Under the pieces are notes generated by a model that had not been told where the DNA came from, searched no databases, and was given only the letters and a program-made list of their open reading frames with translations. Shown in pieces: positions 53,531 to 64,000 of a DNA stretch of 64,000 bases; position 1 is the stretch's first letter; each line of letters begins with the position of its first letter. The DNA comes from an uncultured bacterium. Its GTDB lineage: Bacteria; Bacillota_I; Bacilli_A; RFN20; CAG-826. Made by a program: the position numbers and the translations under genes. The stretch lies in assembly GCA_949291375.1 (NCBI GenBank), contig CASEVI010000001.1, positions 2,967 to 66,966 of the forward strand, in the 5' to 3' direction.

Positions 53531-53929
53531 TTAAGCTTTATCAATAAGTTCAAATAACTCTAGAAAGTCATCACTTAATGGATATTTAGTAATATCTTTT
53601 TTATTAATCCAAAATATTTCACCTTCTTTTGAAGAATGAAGCGAACCACTAAAATCATCACTTTTAAATAAAAAACCTAAATAACGGTTATTTTCTTCCC
53701 ATTTCCACTCTTTAATTGCACATAATTTAATACTATGTAATATTAATCCAGTTTCTTCTTTAATCTCTCGATAAACACTCTCTTCAATGCTTTCATTCTT
53801 TTCAACATGTCCCCCAGGAAAAGATAACCCTGGCCAATCACTCTTTTTACGGTTAATTACAAGTATTTCATTACCCCTATAAACCATAACCATATTGGTT
53901 AATATACATTTTTGATATTTTTTATCCAT
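53531..53929 (-). CDS. NUDIX hydrolase (MutT/8-oxo-dGTPase-like)
   Basis: GGHVEKNESIEESVYREIKEETGL Nudix box. Confidence 0.92.
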   Translation of the reverse strand: MDKKYQKCILTNMVMVYRGNEILVINRKKSDWPGLSFPGGHVEKNESIEESVYREIKEETGLILHSIKLCAIKEWKWEENNRYLGFLFKSDDFSGSLHSSKEGEIFWINKKDITKYPLSDDFLELFELIDKA

Positions 53930-53994
53930 ACAATTTTTATATATCTTCTTTTCCTTAAATAGTATATACTATTTAAGCGTTGAGGTAAAAATTA

Positions 53995-54984
53995 ATGGCA
54001 AGTAAAAATATAAAGGCAAAAAAAGTTAGTAAGAATAAATTAAATCTAAATAAAGTTTTATTTTATCTTAAATCATTAATCAACAATGGAATTGTAAAAG
54101 AAATCGGTATTAGACATTGGATTTCATCTATTTTCGTTTTCCTACTTTCTGTCTTCATTTCTGTTATTCCTGTTTTAACTACAGAAGCGACAAGAAATGG
54201 TTCATCATCAATCAATAATCAATATAACGATGTATTAGTCGAATCTTTATATAATTATGTTACAAGCGATGAAACGTTAGATTTTGAAATTAAAGACCAT
54301 AAAGCAAATTTGCTTTTAGGAAGCACAGAAAATGCTCTTTATACTTATGAAAGAGGGACTTCAAGAATTGATTATTATTTCTTTAATACAACTGAAGGAA
54401 TGCCTTCATTAAATGAACAAGCTAATTCTTTATTAGAAAATAATCCTAATATTCAATCTTATTTCTTTATTTCAACTTCTTCCTTCCAAGTTCAAATTAT
54501 TAACCCATCAACTAGTCAAACTGTTGGAATGGTAAATGGCGGATATAATCATATTGATGATATCGCATCATTTAAAAATTATATTAAAGAAGGTGTTGAT
54601 GAAACTCTTACTATAAATGAAATAAAAACAGCTTATGCAAATAAAATTTTTGAATTCTTTGACTTAGGTTATTTAGATTTAAGAGGCCAACAAATTGGAA
54701 TGACTGTTGGAATTTGTTTAGGAATTAATGCAGGAATCACAATTATTGTTGTACCAATTCTCTTCTTAATGACAAGAGGTAAAAATAATCCAAATAGAAA
54801 TATTAAATTCTACCAAATCATGGGTGTTGGATTCCATGCAACACTTTCTCCTGCTATTTTATCATTAATCATTGGTTATATTATGGGTGGATCTTTCCAA
54901 TATATGTCGATGCTCTTTGTAATGTGTTATGGCTTTAGAGCAATGTGGCTAGCAATGAAATATTTACGCCCACCAGTTGAATAA
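53995..54984 (+). CDS. Membrane protein (YvdJ/DUF1189-like topology)
   Basis: One N-terminal TM, large loop, three C-terminal TMs; GAGG RBS; family call tentative. Confidence 0.65.
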   Translation: MASKNIKAKKVSKNKLNLNKVLFYLKSLINNGIVKEIGIRHWISSIFVFLLSVFISVIPVLTTEATRNGSSSINNQYNDVLVESLYNYVTSDETLDFEIKDHKANLLLGSTENALYTYERGTSRIDYYFFNTTEGMPSLNEQANSLLENNPNIQSYFFISTSSFQVQIINPSTSQTVGMVNGGYNHIDDIASFKNYIKEGVDETLTINEIKTAYANKIFEFFDLGYLDLRGQQIGMTVGICLGINAGITIIVVPILFLMTRGKNNPNRNIKFYQIMGVGFHATLSPAILSLIIGYIMGGSFQYMSMLFVMCYGFRAMWLAMKYLRPPVE

Positions 54985-55007
54985 AATAAATATTAAAATA
55001 TTAAATT

Positions 55008-55040
55008 AAAGATAGTTACTAGCTGGAACTATCTTTTTTT
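55008..55040 (+). terminator. Intrinsic terminator
   Basis: AAAGATAGTT...AACTATCTTT followed by a T-tract. Confidence 0.7.
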
Positions 55041-55094
55041 AATAGTAAAAAAGTTGCCTATATAAGACAACCCTTTTATACAACTCTCTATTTA

Positions 55095-55406
55095 TTAAAA
55101 TAAGAAATTGGTAATTAAATTAATTGCTGTTGTAACGCTATCATCAGCAGTTACTCCGCTTGAATCGCTTCCTCCACCAACTCCTAATACAGAAGAAAGT
55201 AATGCTAAGAATAAGAATACAATACCGAATCCAAGAGTTAAATATGAAACAATAAGTTCACTTCCTCTTTCTTTTGTTTTAACGAAGACATTTAATCCTC
55301 CGCCAGTAATAGCACCGGAAGCACCTTCACTCTTACCACCTTGGAGTAAACTTAAAACAATGATAATTACACATATTACCCAGAATATCCAATCATACCA
55401 CTGCAT
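55095..55406 (-). CDS. secG: Preprotein translocase subunit SecG with C-terminal extension
   Basis: LLQGGKSEGASGAITGG...KTKERGSE with two TMs; AGGAGG RBS. Confidence 0.88.
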   Translation of the reverse strand: MQWYDWIFWVICVIIIVLSLLQGGKSEGASGAITGGGLNVFVKTKERGSELIVSYLTLGFGIVFLFLALLSSVLGVGGGSDSSGVTADDSVTTAINLITNFLF

Positions 55407-55475
55407 AAATTAATCCTCCTTTTAAAAATTTGCTTAATTATTTTATGATAAATATCACTTAAAGTCTATATAGAT

Positions 55476-57455
55476 TTACTTTAGGCTATCTTTTAAAGTA
55501 AATAATATTTCTCTTAATTCAATAGCTTTTTCAAAATCAAAAACCTTGGCAGCTTTTTTCATTTCACTTTCGACTTGTTTAATCTTTAATTCAATTTCTT
55601 TCTTAGTTAATTTAGTATCTTTTTCATTAATATCCAATTTATTATCTTCATGAGTAATTGCATGAATTGGTGAAACAATAGGCTTAATAATAGTTTGAGG
55701 AATAATACCGTTTTCTTCATTATATTTTTCTTGAATTTCTCTTCTTCTATTAGTTTCATCAATACATTTTTGCATTGATTCAGTCATAGTATCTGCATAC
55801 ATTATTGCTTCGCCATGTTCATTTCTAGCAGCTCTACCTACTACTTGAATTAAACTCCTTTCACTTCTTAAGAATCCTTCTTTATCAGCATCTAAAATAG
55901 CAATTAATGAGACTTCAGGAATATCCAAACCTTCTCTTAAAAGGTTTATTCCGACTAAAACATCATACTTTCCCTTTCTTAATTGATAAATAATTTCGCT
56001 TCTTTCTAATGTTTTGCATTCGCTATGTAAATAAACAGTTTTTATTCCTTTTTCTTTTAAAAATTTAGTTAAATCTTCTGCCATTCTTATAGTTAAAGTA
56101 ACAACCATGACTCTTTCACTTTTCTTAATTCTTTCTTCAATTTCATAAACCAAATCATCAATTTGTCCCAAAGATGGTCGAACAAAAATTTGGGGATCTA
56201 AAAGCCCTGTAGGTCTAATAATTTGTTCAACGAATTTATGATGAGTTTTTTCTAATTCATAATCTCCTGGGGTTGCACTTGTAAAAATAACTTGATTAAA
56301 TTCATTTTGGAACTCATCAAAATTTAATGGTCTATTATCTAAGGCACTAGGTAGACGAAATCCATATTCCACCAAGGTCATTTTCCTACTTCTATCACCA
56401 TTAAACATACCTCTAACTTGTGGAATTGTCGCATGAGATTCATCAATAATCATCAAATAATCTTTAGGAAAATAATCCATTAAGCAGAAAGGTTTTTCGC
56501 CCTTTTTTCTTCCATCGATATGACGTGAATAATTTTCAATTCCAGGGCACATTCCAAATTCTTTTAAAGATTCAACATCTTGTCTTGTTCTAAGTTCAAT
56601 TCTTTCAGCTTCTAATAGCTTACCTTCACTTTTAAAATAAGCAATTCTTTCGTCTAATTCCTTTAAAATTCTTTCACAAGCTATATTGATTCTTTCTTTT
56701 GTTGAGGCGTGATCATAGGCTGGATAAAAATTATAAACTTTATAAGATTCTAAAATTTCACCTGTTAAATAAGTAACTTTATAGATTCCTTCAACATTAT
56801 CGCCAAACATCTCAATACGAATATAACTGTCTTTATCATCAGCTCCCATAACTGAAATCGTATCACCACTAACTCTAAATCTACCTGGAGCAAGGTCGAT
56901 ATCGTTTCTTTTATATTGAGAATCAATTAATTTTTTATAAAAAGTTTTAACATCAATGTCTTCATCAACTCTTACTTCAAAAATTAACTTCTTATATTCT
57001 TCAGGATCTGTTAATCCATAAATTGAAGCAACAGAAGCAACAACAATTGTATCTCTTCTAGAAACAATTGAATTGACAGCACTAACTCTCATCATTTCGA
57101 TTTCTTCATTCATCATTGCAGATTTTTCAATATATGTGTCACTAGCAACAACATAAGCTTCAGGTTGATAAAAATCAAAGTTTGAAACAAAATATTCAAC
57201 TCTATTATTAGGAAATAATTCTTTCATTTCTTGATATAGTTGACCTGCTAAAGTTTTATTATGGACTAAAATTAAAGTAGGTTTTTGAGTTTTTAATATA
57301 ACATTAGCCATTGTAAAAGTTTTGCCGGTGCCAGTTGCACCTAATAAAACTTGAAACTTCTTTCCTTCTTCTACCCCTTCGACAAGTTCTTTTATTGCGG
57401 TTGGTTGATCTCCAGTAGGTTTAAATTTAGATACAAGTTCAAACTCTTTATTCAT
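55476..57455 (-). CDS. uvrB: Excinuclease ABC subunit B
   Basis: GATGTGKT, YQPEAY, DESH, GINLLREGLD, GRAARN. Confidence 0.97.
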   Translation of the reverse strand: MNKEFELVSKFKPTGDQPTAIKELVEGVEEGKKFQVLLGATGTGKTFTMANVILKTQKPTLILVHNKTLAGQLYQEMKELFPNNRVEYFVSNFDFYQPEAYVVASDTYIEKSAMMNEEIEMMRVSAVNSIVSRRDTIVVASVASIYGLTDPEEYKKLIFEVRVDEDIDVKTFYKKLIDSQYKRNDIDLAPGRFRVSGDTISVMGADDKDSYIRIEMFGDNVEGIYKVTYLTGEILESYKVYNFYPAYDHASTKERINIACERILKELDERIAYFKSEGKLLEAERIELRTRQDVESLKEFGMCPGIENYSRHIDGRKKGEKPFCLMDYFPKDYLMIIDESHATIPQVRGMFNGDRSRKMTLVEYGFRLPSALDNRPLNFDEFQNEFNQVIFTSATPGDYELEKTHHKFVEQIIRPTGLLDPQIFVRPSLGQIDDLVYEIEERIKKSERVMVVTLTIRMAEDLTKFLKEKGIKTVYLHSECKTLERSEIIYQLRKGKYDVLVGINLLREGLDIPEVSLIAILDADKEGFLRSERSLIQVVGRAARNEHGEAIMYADTMTESMQKCIDETNRRREIQEKYNEENGIIPQTIIKPIVSPIHAITHEDNKLDINEKDTKLTKKEIELKIKQVESEMKKAAKVFDFEKAIELREILFTLKDSLK

Positions 57456-58485
57456 CCTTTTTGTTCTTCTTTCCTATCTTTTTTAATTTTGAAATGCTGT
57501 TTTCTTTACTTGAATGTAAGGGAGAGAAACCTTCACCATTAACGGTTTGACATTCTCCAATAGTCATAAAAGCATCTTTATCAATCTCAGCAATCATATC
57601 TTTTACTTTTAATAATTCATCGCGAGAAAAAATAATTCTTACACAAATTTTTTCTTCGTTTGTATATCCACCAGTAACGTTATAAATAGTAACACTTCTA
57701 TTAAGTTCATTTATTACTCTTTCTTTAATTTCATCGCTTTTTGTAGTTATTATATCTGCAAAATATGCTCCAGATTGACGATCATAAATAAATTCAATCA
57801 TCATAGCACATAAAACAGCTGCAAAAATACCGATTAATCCAGCGATGAATCCTATTGAACTATATTTAATAGCATTAATTATTAAACCAACAATAACAAC
57901 ACTTCCATCTAATAAAAATGCTGAAATAGATGTTTTTAAGCCCGTATATTTATTTAAAATAAAGGTTAATATATCAAATCCACCAGTAGAGCCTCCGCCA
58001 ATAAAAGTGATACCACATCCTAAACCAGTGAACGCTCCACCAATAAGTCCACAAATTATCATTCTTCCAGCTTCTAAATTTTCTAAATTTATTAACTCTA
58101 AAACACTGCTATTAGAATTAATTTCTACTCCTTTATTTATCAAAAGGGAAACTAAATATTCTCCAATACCACTTCTTAAAACTAAAGAAACAAAAAGCGG
58201 ATAAAAAATTGAAGATATTAAAGTTTTTAAAGAAAATTTCCATCCTAAAAAGATGAGTCCAATAATATATAATCCCCAAGTAAAAATCATGACAATAACA
58301 TCAATGTCTAAAGGTATAAATTCAGCAATAATTAAAGAAAAACCGCTTAATCCACCACTAACTATTCCAAAAGGAAGAAGAAAAACCGAAGCACCAAAAG
58401 CAACAATAAAAGTTCCTAAAAGAACTAAAAAAACATTGTAAATTAATTTTATAATTTTCTTAGTTTTCTCATTAATTTTTATCAT
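57448..58485 (-). CDS. YitT family membrane protein
   Basis: GGLSG, GGSTGGFDI, RSVTIYNVTGGYT, IDKDAFM. Confidence 0.88.
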   Translation of the reverse strand: MIKINEKTKKIIKLIYNVFLVLLGTFIVAFGASVFLLPFGIVSGGLSGFSLIIAEFIPLDIDVIVMIFTWGLYIIGLIFLGWKFSLKTLISSIFYPLFVSLVLRSGIGEYLVSLLINKGVEINSNSSVLELINLENLEAGRMIICGLIGGAFTGLGCGITFIGGGSTGGFDILTFILNKYTGLKTSISAFLLDGSVVIVGLIINAIKYSSIGFIAGLIGIFAAVLCAMMIEFIYDRQSGAYFADIITTKSDEIKERVINELNRSVTIYNVTGGYTNEEKICVRIIFSRDELLKVKDMIAEIDKDAFMTIGECQTVNGEGFSPLHSSKENSISKLKKIGKKNKKDE

Positions 58486-59585
58486 TTTGTTTAGCCCTCC
58501 TTTCTAAATATGAATCGATAAAATCGTCTAAATCTCCATCCATAACATCATCAATTTGAGTTGTTTCATAATTTGTTCGGTTATCTTTTACTAAAGTGTA
58601 TGGGCAAAAAACATAGGAACGAATTTGCGAGCCCCATTCAATATTTTTTTGCTCCCCAATAATTCCATTTAATTTATCTTTTTTCTTTTTTTCTTCAAGT
58701 TCAAAAAGTTTAGATTTAAGCATATTCATCGCAATTTCTCTGTTTTTTAATTGAGTTCTTTCAATTTGAGAAGATACGACTATTCCTGTAGGAATATGAG
58801 TGATTCTTACTGCCGTTTCAACTTTATTAACGTTTTGACCGCCAGCACCACTACTTCTAAAAGTATCAACTTTTAAATCAGTAGGGTTAATATCAATTTT
58901 TAAATTATCATCGAATTCAGGCGTAATATTTACACTAGCAAAAGAAGTATGCCTTCTTTTATTTGAATCGAACGGAGAAATTCTAACTAAACGGTGAACA
59001 CCTTTTTCTCCGCTTAATAAGCCATATGCATTTTTTCCTTCAATTAGCATCGTAACAGATTTAACTCCAACTTCTTCTCCAGGTAAAAAATCAATAATTG
59101 AATATTTAAAATGATGCCTTTCACAATATCTTTCATACATCCTTAAAAGCATTTGAGCCCAATCGCAAGCTTCAGTCCCTCCGGCTCCAGGATGTATTTC
59201 TAAAATCGCAGGCAAAGAATCGTATTCTCCATTAAATAAAACTTTCTTCCTTAATCCATCAATGGATGAAAAAATGGCCGTAGTCTCACTATTTATGAGT
59301 TCGGCCATATCAAAATCATCAACACTTATAGAAAATGCTAATTGTTTTAAATCAGTAATTTGTTTTAATAATGAAAGATATTGTTCTTTATTTTCAATAA
59401 GTTCATTTCTTTCATCAATTAATTTTTTTGCTTCTCTTTGATTTGAATAAAAATTTTCTTTTAAAGATAATTCATCAATTTCTTTTATACGTTCATTAAT
59501 CTTTGCGTTGTCAAAGTGAGTCACCAAGAGACTTTAGTAACTCTTCCTTTTCAACAATGTTATTACGTAATAAAAGTAAATCCAT
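58472..59585 (-). CDS. prfB: Peptide chain release factor 2 with programmed +1 frameshift
   Basis: ATG at 59585; MDLLLLRNNIVEKEELLKSLGDSL, then CTT TGA C at 59516-59510 preceded by internal SD-like GGTGA; SPF and GGQ motifs. Confidence 0.95.
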
Positions 59586-59594
59586 AAATTATAA

Positions 59595-62339
59595 TTAATT
59601 TGTGTGAATATCTTCGTATTCATGTTCTTCAGCTGCTTTTTTATCTTTATCGATATCAGAAATATTTAAGGCAGCATGATCAATGTTTTCGTTTTCTTTA
59701 TTCTTATCTTTATTTTCTATATTTTCGGCTTTTGCTTCTTTTACTTCTTCCTTTGCCTCTTCAACTATTGTTTGAGATTGAGCAATTTCACTGTTTACTA
59801 AAGATGTAACATTAGAAACAATTGGCTCGTCTTTCTTTTCAACATTAACTGATAACCCTTCAGTTTTAGTTTGTTCTGCAACTTTTGCAGCTTCAACTTG
59901 AGCAGAATTATCAATTGTTGGAGTAAATTCTTCTTTAGGAGTTTCTTTCTTAACAATTCTCATATTCATAAGATTTAAAACTACTTCAAGAGAGATAACT
60001 TCAAGCATTTCTCTAAATAATGCCCAGCCTTCATTAACATAATCTTGTAATGGGTTTGTTTGAGCATAACTTCTTAATGTAACAGATTCTCTAAATCTTG
60101 ACATATTATCAATTTGTTGAGTCCAGTTTCTATCAATAACTCTAAGAGTAATTTGTCTTTCGAGTTTTTCAACAGTTTCAGGATCATCCCATGCTTTCTT
60201 TTTATTTAAATATGCATCAATTAAAAGATCAGTTAAATCTTGTGCACAATCCTCAACGTTAGCATCATCCCGTGCAGATGGTTTAATTGTTCCTTCTGGC
60301 AAGAAACGAGGTTGAACAATTTTTGCTAATAATGTTCCATCAATAGCACCATTTTTATCAGCATTTGTAGCACGTTTTGCCAATGCTTTTCCACAATCAT
60401 TAAATGTTTCATCTAGTAATTCAGTGATATCTTTTGCATAAAGAATTTGATCTCTTTTTGCATACATAATATGTCTTTGTTTTGATAAAACATCATCATA
60501 ATCAAGAAGTGTTTTACGAACATCAAAATTTTGGCCTTCAATACGTTTTTGAGCACTAGTTATAGCATTAGTCATCATTCTCATATCAATTGGTTCATCA
60601 CCAAATCCTTCGAATAATTTTCTTAAATTATCACTAGCAAATCTAACCATTAATTCATCATCTAAAGAAACAAAGAATCTAGATGTGCCTGGATCTCCTT
60701 GACGTCCGCTTCTACCTCTAAGTTGGTTATCAATTCTTCTTGATTCATGTCTTTCAAAACCGAAAACATATAATCCGCCTAAAGCTTTTGTTTCAGGAGT
60801 AAGTTTAATATCGGTACCTCTACCCGCCATATTAGTAGCAAGGGTAATTTGATTCTTTTGACCAGCTTTTGCAACAATTTCAGCTTCTCTAGCATGGTTT
60901 TTAGCATTAATCATTTCATATTTAAGACCTGATTTATCAAGTTCACGAGCAACTTCTTCACTTGCTTCAACTGATGGAGTACCAATTAAAATAGGTTGAC
61001 CAGTTGCATGAACTTTTTTAACTTCAGAAACTAAAGCTTTCATTTTTGCTGCTTTATTAGCAAAAACTAAATCATTTAAGTCTTTTCTTATAACAGGTCT
61101 ATTTGTTGGAATACAAACAACTTTCATGTTATAAATTTTATTAAATTCTTCTTCTTCAGTTTTAGCAGTACCAGTCATACCAGATAACTTTTTGAATAAA
61201 CGGAAGAAATTTTGATATGTAATTGTTGCTAAAGTTGTTGTTTCTTCTTTTATTTCAACATTTTCTTTAGCTTGGATAGCTTGTTGTAATCCATCACTAT
61301 ATTCTCTTCCTTTTAAAACACGGCCAGTAAATTGGTCGATGAGTTGAATTTCACGATTTTCATCAACAAGATATTCAACGTCTCTAGTCATAATATAATT
61401 AGCTTTTAAAGCTTGATGAATTCTATGGACTAATTCTTGATATTGAGGAGCGTAAAGATTTTTAATTCCAAACATTCTTTCTGCTTTATCAACACCTTTA
61501 TCAGTTAAATTTACTGATTTTGATTTAACATCGATTTCATAGTCTCCATCAGGAACATAGTCAGGGTGTTTTCTTTTATATTCATCATCAACAGGAGTTG
61601 ATGCTTTTAACATTTTTACAAATCTATCAGCAACTTGATATTGAGACGCACTAGCTTTAGCACCACCAGAAATAATTAATGGTGTACGAGATTCATCGAT
61701 TAAAACAGAGTCAGCTTCATCAACGATAACGTAATTTAGTCCTCTTAAAACTCGTTGTTCAACAGTTGGAGCCATATTATCACGAAGATAATCAAAACCT
61801 AACTCGGAGTTAATTGTATAAGTAACATCACATGCGTGAGCTGCTTTTTTCTCTTGGTTTGTTAAAGCATGTAAATTAACGCCGGTTGTTAAACCAAGCC
61901 AACGATAAATTTGACCCATTTCTTGAGCATCTCTTTGTGCTAAGTATTCGTTAACAGTAACAATATGAACACCTTTGCCTTCAAGAGCGTTTAAATATGT
62001 TGGCATTGTTTCAGTTAAAGTTTTACCTTCACCAGTTTTCATTTCAGCGATTTCACCATCATGAAGAACTAATCCGCCAATAATTTGAACTTCAAAGGGA
62101 TACATTCCTAAAACTCTTTTTGCAGCTTCTCTACAGACAGCAAAAGCCTCATATTTTATATCTTCTAAAGTTTGACCTTTTTTAAGTCTTTCTTTAAATT
62201 CAACGGTTTTATGTTTAAGTTGGTCATCAGTTAAAGCAGCCATTTCATCAGCATAACTTTCGACTTTCTTAGCTTGTTTTCTATATTTATTTAAAATTCT
62301 TTGATCAACTCTAAAGATTTTATCAACAATATTTCCCAT
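59595..62339 (-). CDS. secA: Protein translocase subunit SecA
   Basis: MKTGEGKT, DEAD, ATNMAGRGTDI, QLRGRSGRQGDPG; likely start MGNIV at 62339 after AAGGA. Confidence 0.97.
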   Translation of the reverse strand: MGNIVDKIFRVDQRILNKYRKQAKKVESYADEMAALTDDQLKHKTVEFKERLKKGQTLEDIKYEAFAVCREAAKRVLGMYPFEVQIIGGLVLHDGEIAEMKTGEGKTLTETMPTYLNALEGKGVHIVTVNEYLAQRDAQEMGQIYRWLGLTTGVNLHALTNQEKKAAHACDVTYTINSELGFDYLRDNMAPTVEQRVLRGLNYVIVDEADSVLIDESRTPLIISGGAKASASQYQVADRFVKMLKASTPVDDEYKRKHPDYVPDGDYEIDVKSKSVNLTDKGVDKAERMFGIKNLYAPQYQELVHRIHQALKANYIMTRDVEYLVDENREIQLIDQFTGRVLKGREYSDGLQQAIQAKENVEIKEETTTLATITYQNFFRLFKKLSGMTGTAKTEEEEFNKIYNMKVVCIPTNRPVIRKDLNDLVFANKAAKMKALVSEVKKVHATGQPILIGTPSVEASEEVARELDKSGLKYEMINAKNHAREAEIVAKAGQKNQITLATNMAGRGTDIKLTPETKALGGLYVFGFERHESRRIDNQLRGRSGRQGDPGTSRFFVSLDDELMVRFASDNLRKLFEGFGDEPIDMRMMTNAITSAQKRIEGQNFDVRKTLLDYDDVLSKQRHIMYAKRDQILYAKDITELLDETFNDCGKALAKRATNADKNGAIDGTLLAKIVQPRFLPEGTIKPSARDDANVEDCAQDLTDLLIDAYLNKKKAWDDPETVEKLERQITLRVIDRNWTQQIDNMSRFRESVTLRSYAQTNPLQDYVNEGWALFREMLEVISLEVVLNLMNMRIVKKETPKEEFTPTIDNSAQVEAAKVAEQTKTEGLSVNVEKKDEPIVSNVTSLVNSEIAQSQTIVEEAKEEVKEAKAENIENKDKNKENENIDHAALNISDIDKDKKAAEEHEYEDIHTN

Positions 62340-62405
62340 TTCTTTGTTCCTTACCTTAAAAATCCTAAATATTTTACCATTATAAATAATGGTATTCAAA
62401 TAAAC

Positions 62406-63077
62406 TTAATTGAGGACAAATGAAGGGTCTTCCAAGTGTTCCAACTCTTTTTTGGTGAAGTCCCTTTTAGCAATTACGAGGATTTTCATTTTTTTAACAT
62501 TAGCTTCTTTTAATAAATTTACCACCGCTTTTAAAGTTGAACCAGTTGTACAAATATCATCAACGATTAAAATATTTTTATTTTTAACAATTTCTTTATT
62601 AACTAAAATTAAATTTTCTTTTACTTTTAATCGTTCTAAATATGTTTTATCAGATTGCTTTTCATCTTTAATTTTCTCGATTGGCTCGATGATTTTTAAT
62701 CCTAAAGACTTAAACATTTCAAGGCAATGATTAAATCCTCTTTCTTTAATTTTTTCCTTGCTAGAAGGGACTACTAACATGTAATAATTTTTATATAAAA
62801 TTTTTAATTCGTTTAAATAAGGAGTTATAAAAACGTCTTTAAGTTCGTAATCTAAACAACCTTTATATTGAAAGATTAATTTCCTTAAATATTCGTTATA
62901 GTGATAAATTGCTAATGCTTTTACTTTATCTATTTCAAAACTTTTAAATATTGGATTCATTTGTTTTATACATGAATAACAAACACATAAATTATTTGTT
63001 AAGTTATGAAAACTATTAAACTCTATCGGTTCAAAACATATCTTACAAATCTTTGTTATATTCATTAATTGTTTCAA
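62406..63077 (-). CDS. comFC: Competence protein ComFC (phosphoribosyltransferase-like)
   Basis: CKIC/CYSC zinc ribbon, ERGFNH, IVDDICTTGST. Confidence 0.9.
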   Translation of the reverse strand: MKQLMNITKICKICFEPIEFNSFHNLTNNLCVCYSCIKQMNPIFKSFEIDKVKALAIYHYNEYLRKLIFQYKGCLDYELKDVFITPYLNELKILYKNYYMLVVPSSKEKIKERGFNHCLEMFKSLGLKIIEPIEKIKDEKQSDKTYLERLKVKENLILVNKEIVKNKNILIVDDICTTGSTLKAVVNLLKEANVKKMKILVIAKRDFTKKELEHLEDPSFVLN

Positions 63078-64000
63078 TTGAATCCTCCATCTCTTTAGTT
63101 TTTTTACTCGCTATATAAATAATTTCGCCTTTAGGATATTCTTTTACTCTTCCTACTCTTCCAGAAATTTGAATTAGAGCGCTTGAAGTATATAAATAAT
63201 GATCACTATGGAAAATAATTACCTGTAAATTTGGAAGAGTAACACCTCTTTCTAAAACTGATGTTGTGATTAAATATTTATATTTATGTTCTCTAAAATC
63301 ATTAATAATTTCTGCTCTATCTTCTTTTTTAGAATGAACAACATTTCCATTTTTTAAGAATATACGCACTAAAGAAAATAAACTTTCACTTTCTTTAATA
63401 GTAGGTACAAAAACTAAAATCGGTTTATTTTCTTTAATAAATTCCTTCATTTTTTTAATTAGAAACAAATATTTAAAAATTAATAGTTCGATTTTAATTT
63501 TTGGTAGAGGTAAGGGATTTTTATGATAACGATGAAAAAGTTTTAATATTTGATGAGATGGGGAGTTAAATTCATCAATAATTCTTTTTGATGGCGTAGC
63601 CGACATCATCACGTAATTTCCTTTAATACTTCTTTTAAATAATGCTTCTAATGTAGGATTATCTTTATATGGAAAAGCATCTATTTCATCTAAAATTAAT
63701 AAATTGAAATGATGATCATAACGATATAATTGGTGAGTTGTTAAAACAATAATATCACCAATTAGCTCATTATTATGCCCTCCATATAAAGCGATGACTT
63801 TATTTTTATCAAAAGTTTTTGCAAGTCTTTCTTTTAATTCAATAACAACATCTTTACGAGGAATTGCAAATCCTACATGACCTCCTTTTTTTAATGCGTA
63901 TTCAATTACTTTAAAAACTAACTCTGTCTTACCCGCTCCGCAAACTGCATAAACTAAAGTGTTTATCTTCTTTTTATAACCATCTAATATTTTTAATGAA
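63043..64000 (-). CDS. comFA: Competence helicase ComFA (start beyond the window's right edge)
   Basis: Frame open to 64000: AVCGAGKTE, DEIDAFPY, SATP, LERGVT, QISGRVGR. Confidence 0.92.
   Translation of the reverse strand, partial: SLKILDGYKKKINTLVYAVCGAGKTELVFKVIEYALKKGGHVGFAIPRKDVVIELKERLAKTFDKNKVIALYGGHNNELIGDIIVLTTHQLYRYDHHFNLLILDEIDAFPYKDNPTLEALFKRSIKGNYVMMSATPSKRIIDEFNSPSHQILKLFHRYHKNPLPLPKIKIELLIFKYLFLIKKMKEFIKENKPILVFVPTIKESESLFSLVRIFLKNGNVVHSKKEDRAEIINDFREHKYKYLITTSVLERGVTLPNLQVIIFHSDHYLYTSSALIQISGRVGRVKEYPKGEIIYIASKKTKEMEDSIETINEYNKDL

Noticed and set aside
55856-59143. AGG-to-Met reassignment reported for another Bacilli clade
   Set aside because: AGG occupies conserved Arg sites here: RF2 RRHTSF and LLRMY, UvrB RSERSL
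58472-59585. TGA=Trp (code 4), as in Mollicutes
   Set aside because: RF2 is present with a TGA-dependent frameshift, conserved Trp residues use TGG, and genes are intact under TGA=stop

Overview
Very AT-rich chromosomal window from a reduced-genome Bacillota (gene content and style suggest an uncultivated Bacilli lineage such as RFN20; inference). Most of it is housekeeping: truA, ecfA1-ecfA2-ecfT, pepT, smpB, rfbB, Cu and Cd/Zn P1B-ATPases with an ArsR operator, sdaA, whiA, lgt, uvrA, Fe-ADH, degV, eno, ssrA (tmRNA), secG, uvrB, frameshifted prfB, secA, comFC/comFA. Two decayed accessory inserts lie at ~39.1-41.5 kb and ~50.3-53.0 kb (next to ssrA). Main discoveries: (1) a surface-fibre-like locus at 1-6.5 kb. 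Three co-oriented proteins (44 aa, 210 aa, >674 aa; two are absent from the ORF track) share a SipW-like signal motif, [GS]-F-[SC]-x-W-x-F. They are separated by long hairpin-rich spacers, one with a perfect 17-bp inverted repeat covering the RBS of the 210-aa gene, and lie downstream of a pseudo-receiver OmpR regulator broken by one TAG at its conserved Trp. (2) Codon-level evidence that CGG is read as Trp rather than Arg. (3) Two unannotated structured RNA candidates. All calls come from manual reading; no searches were run.
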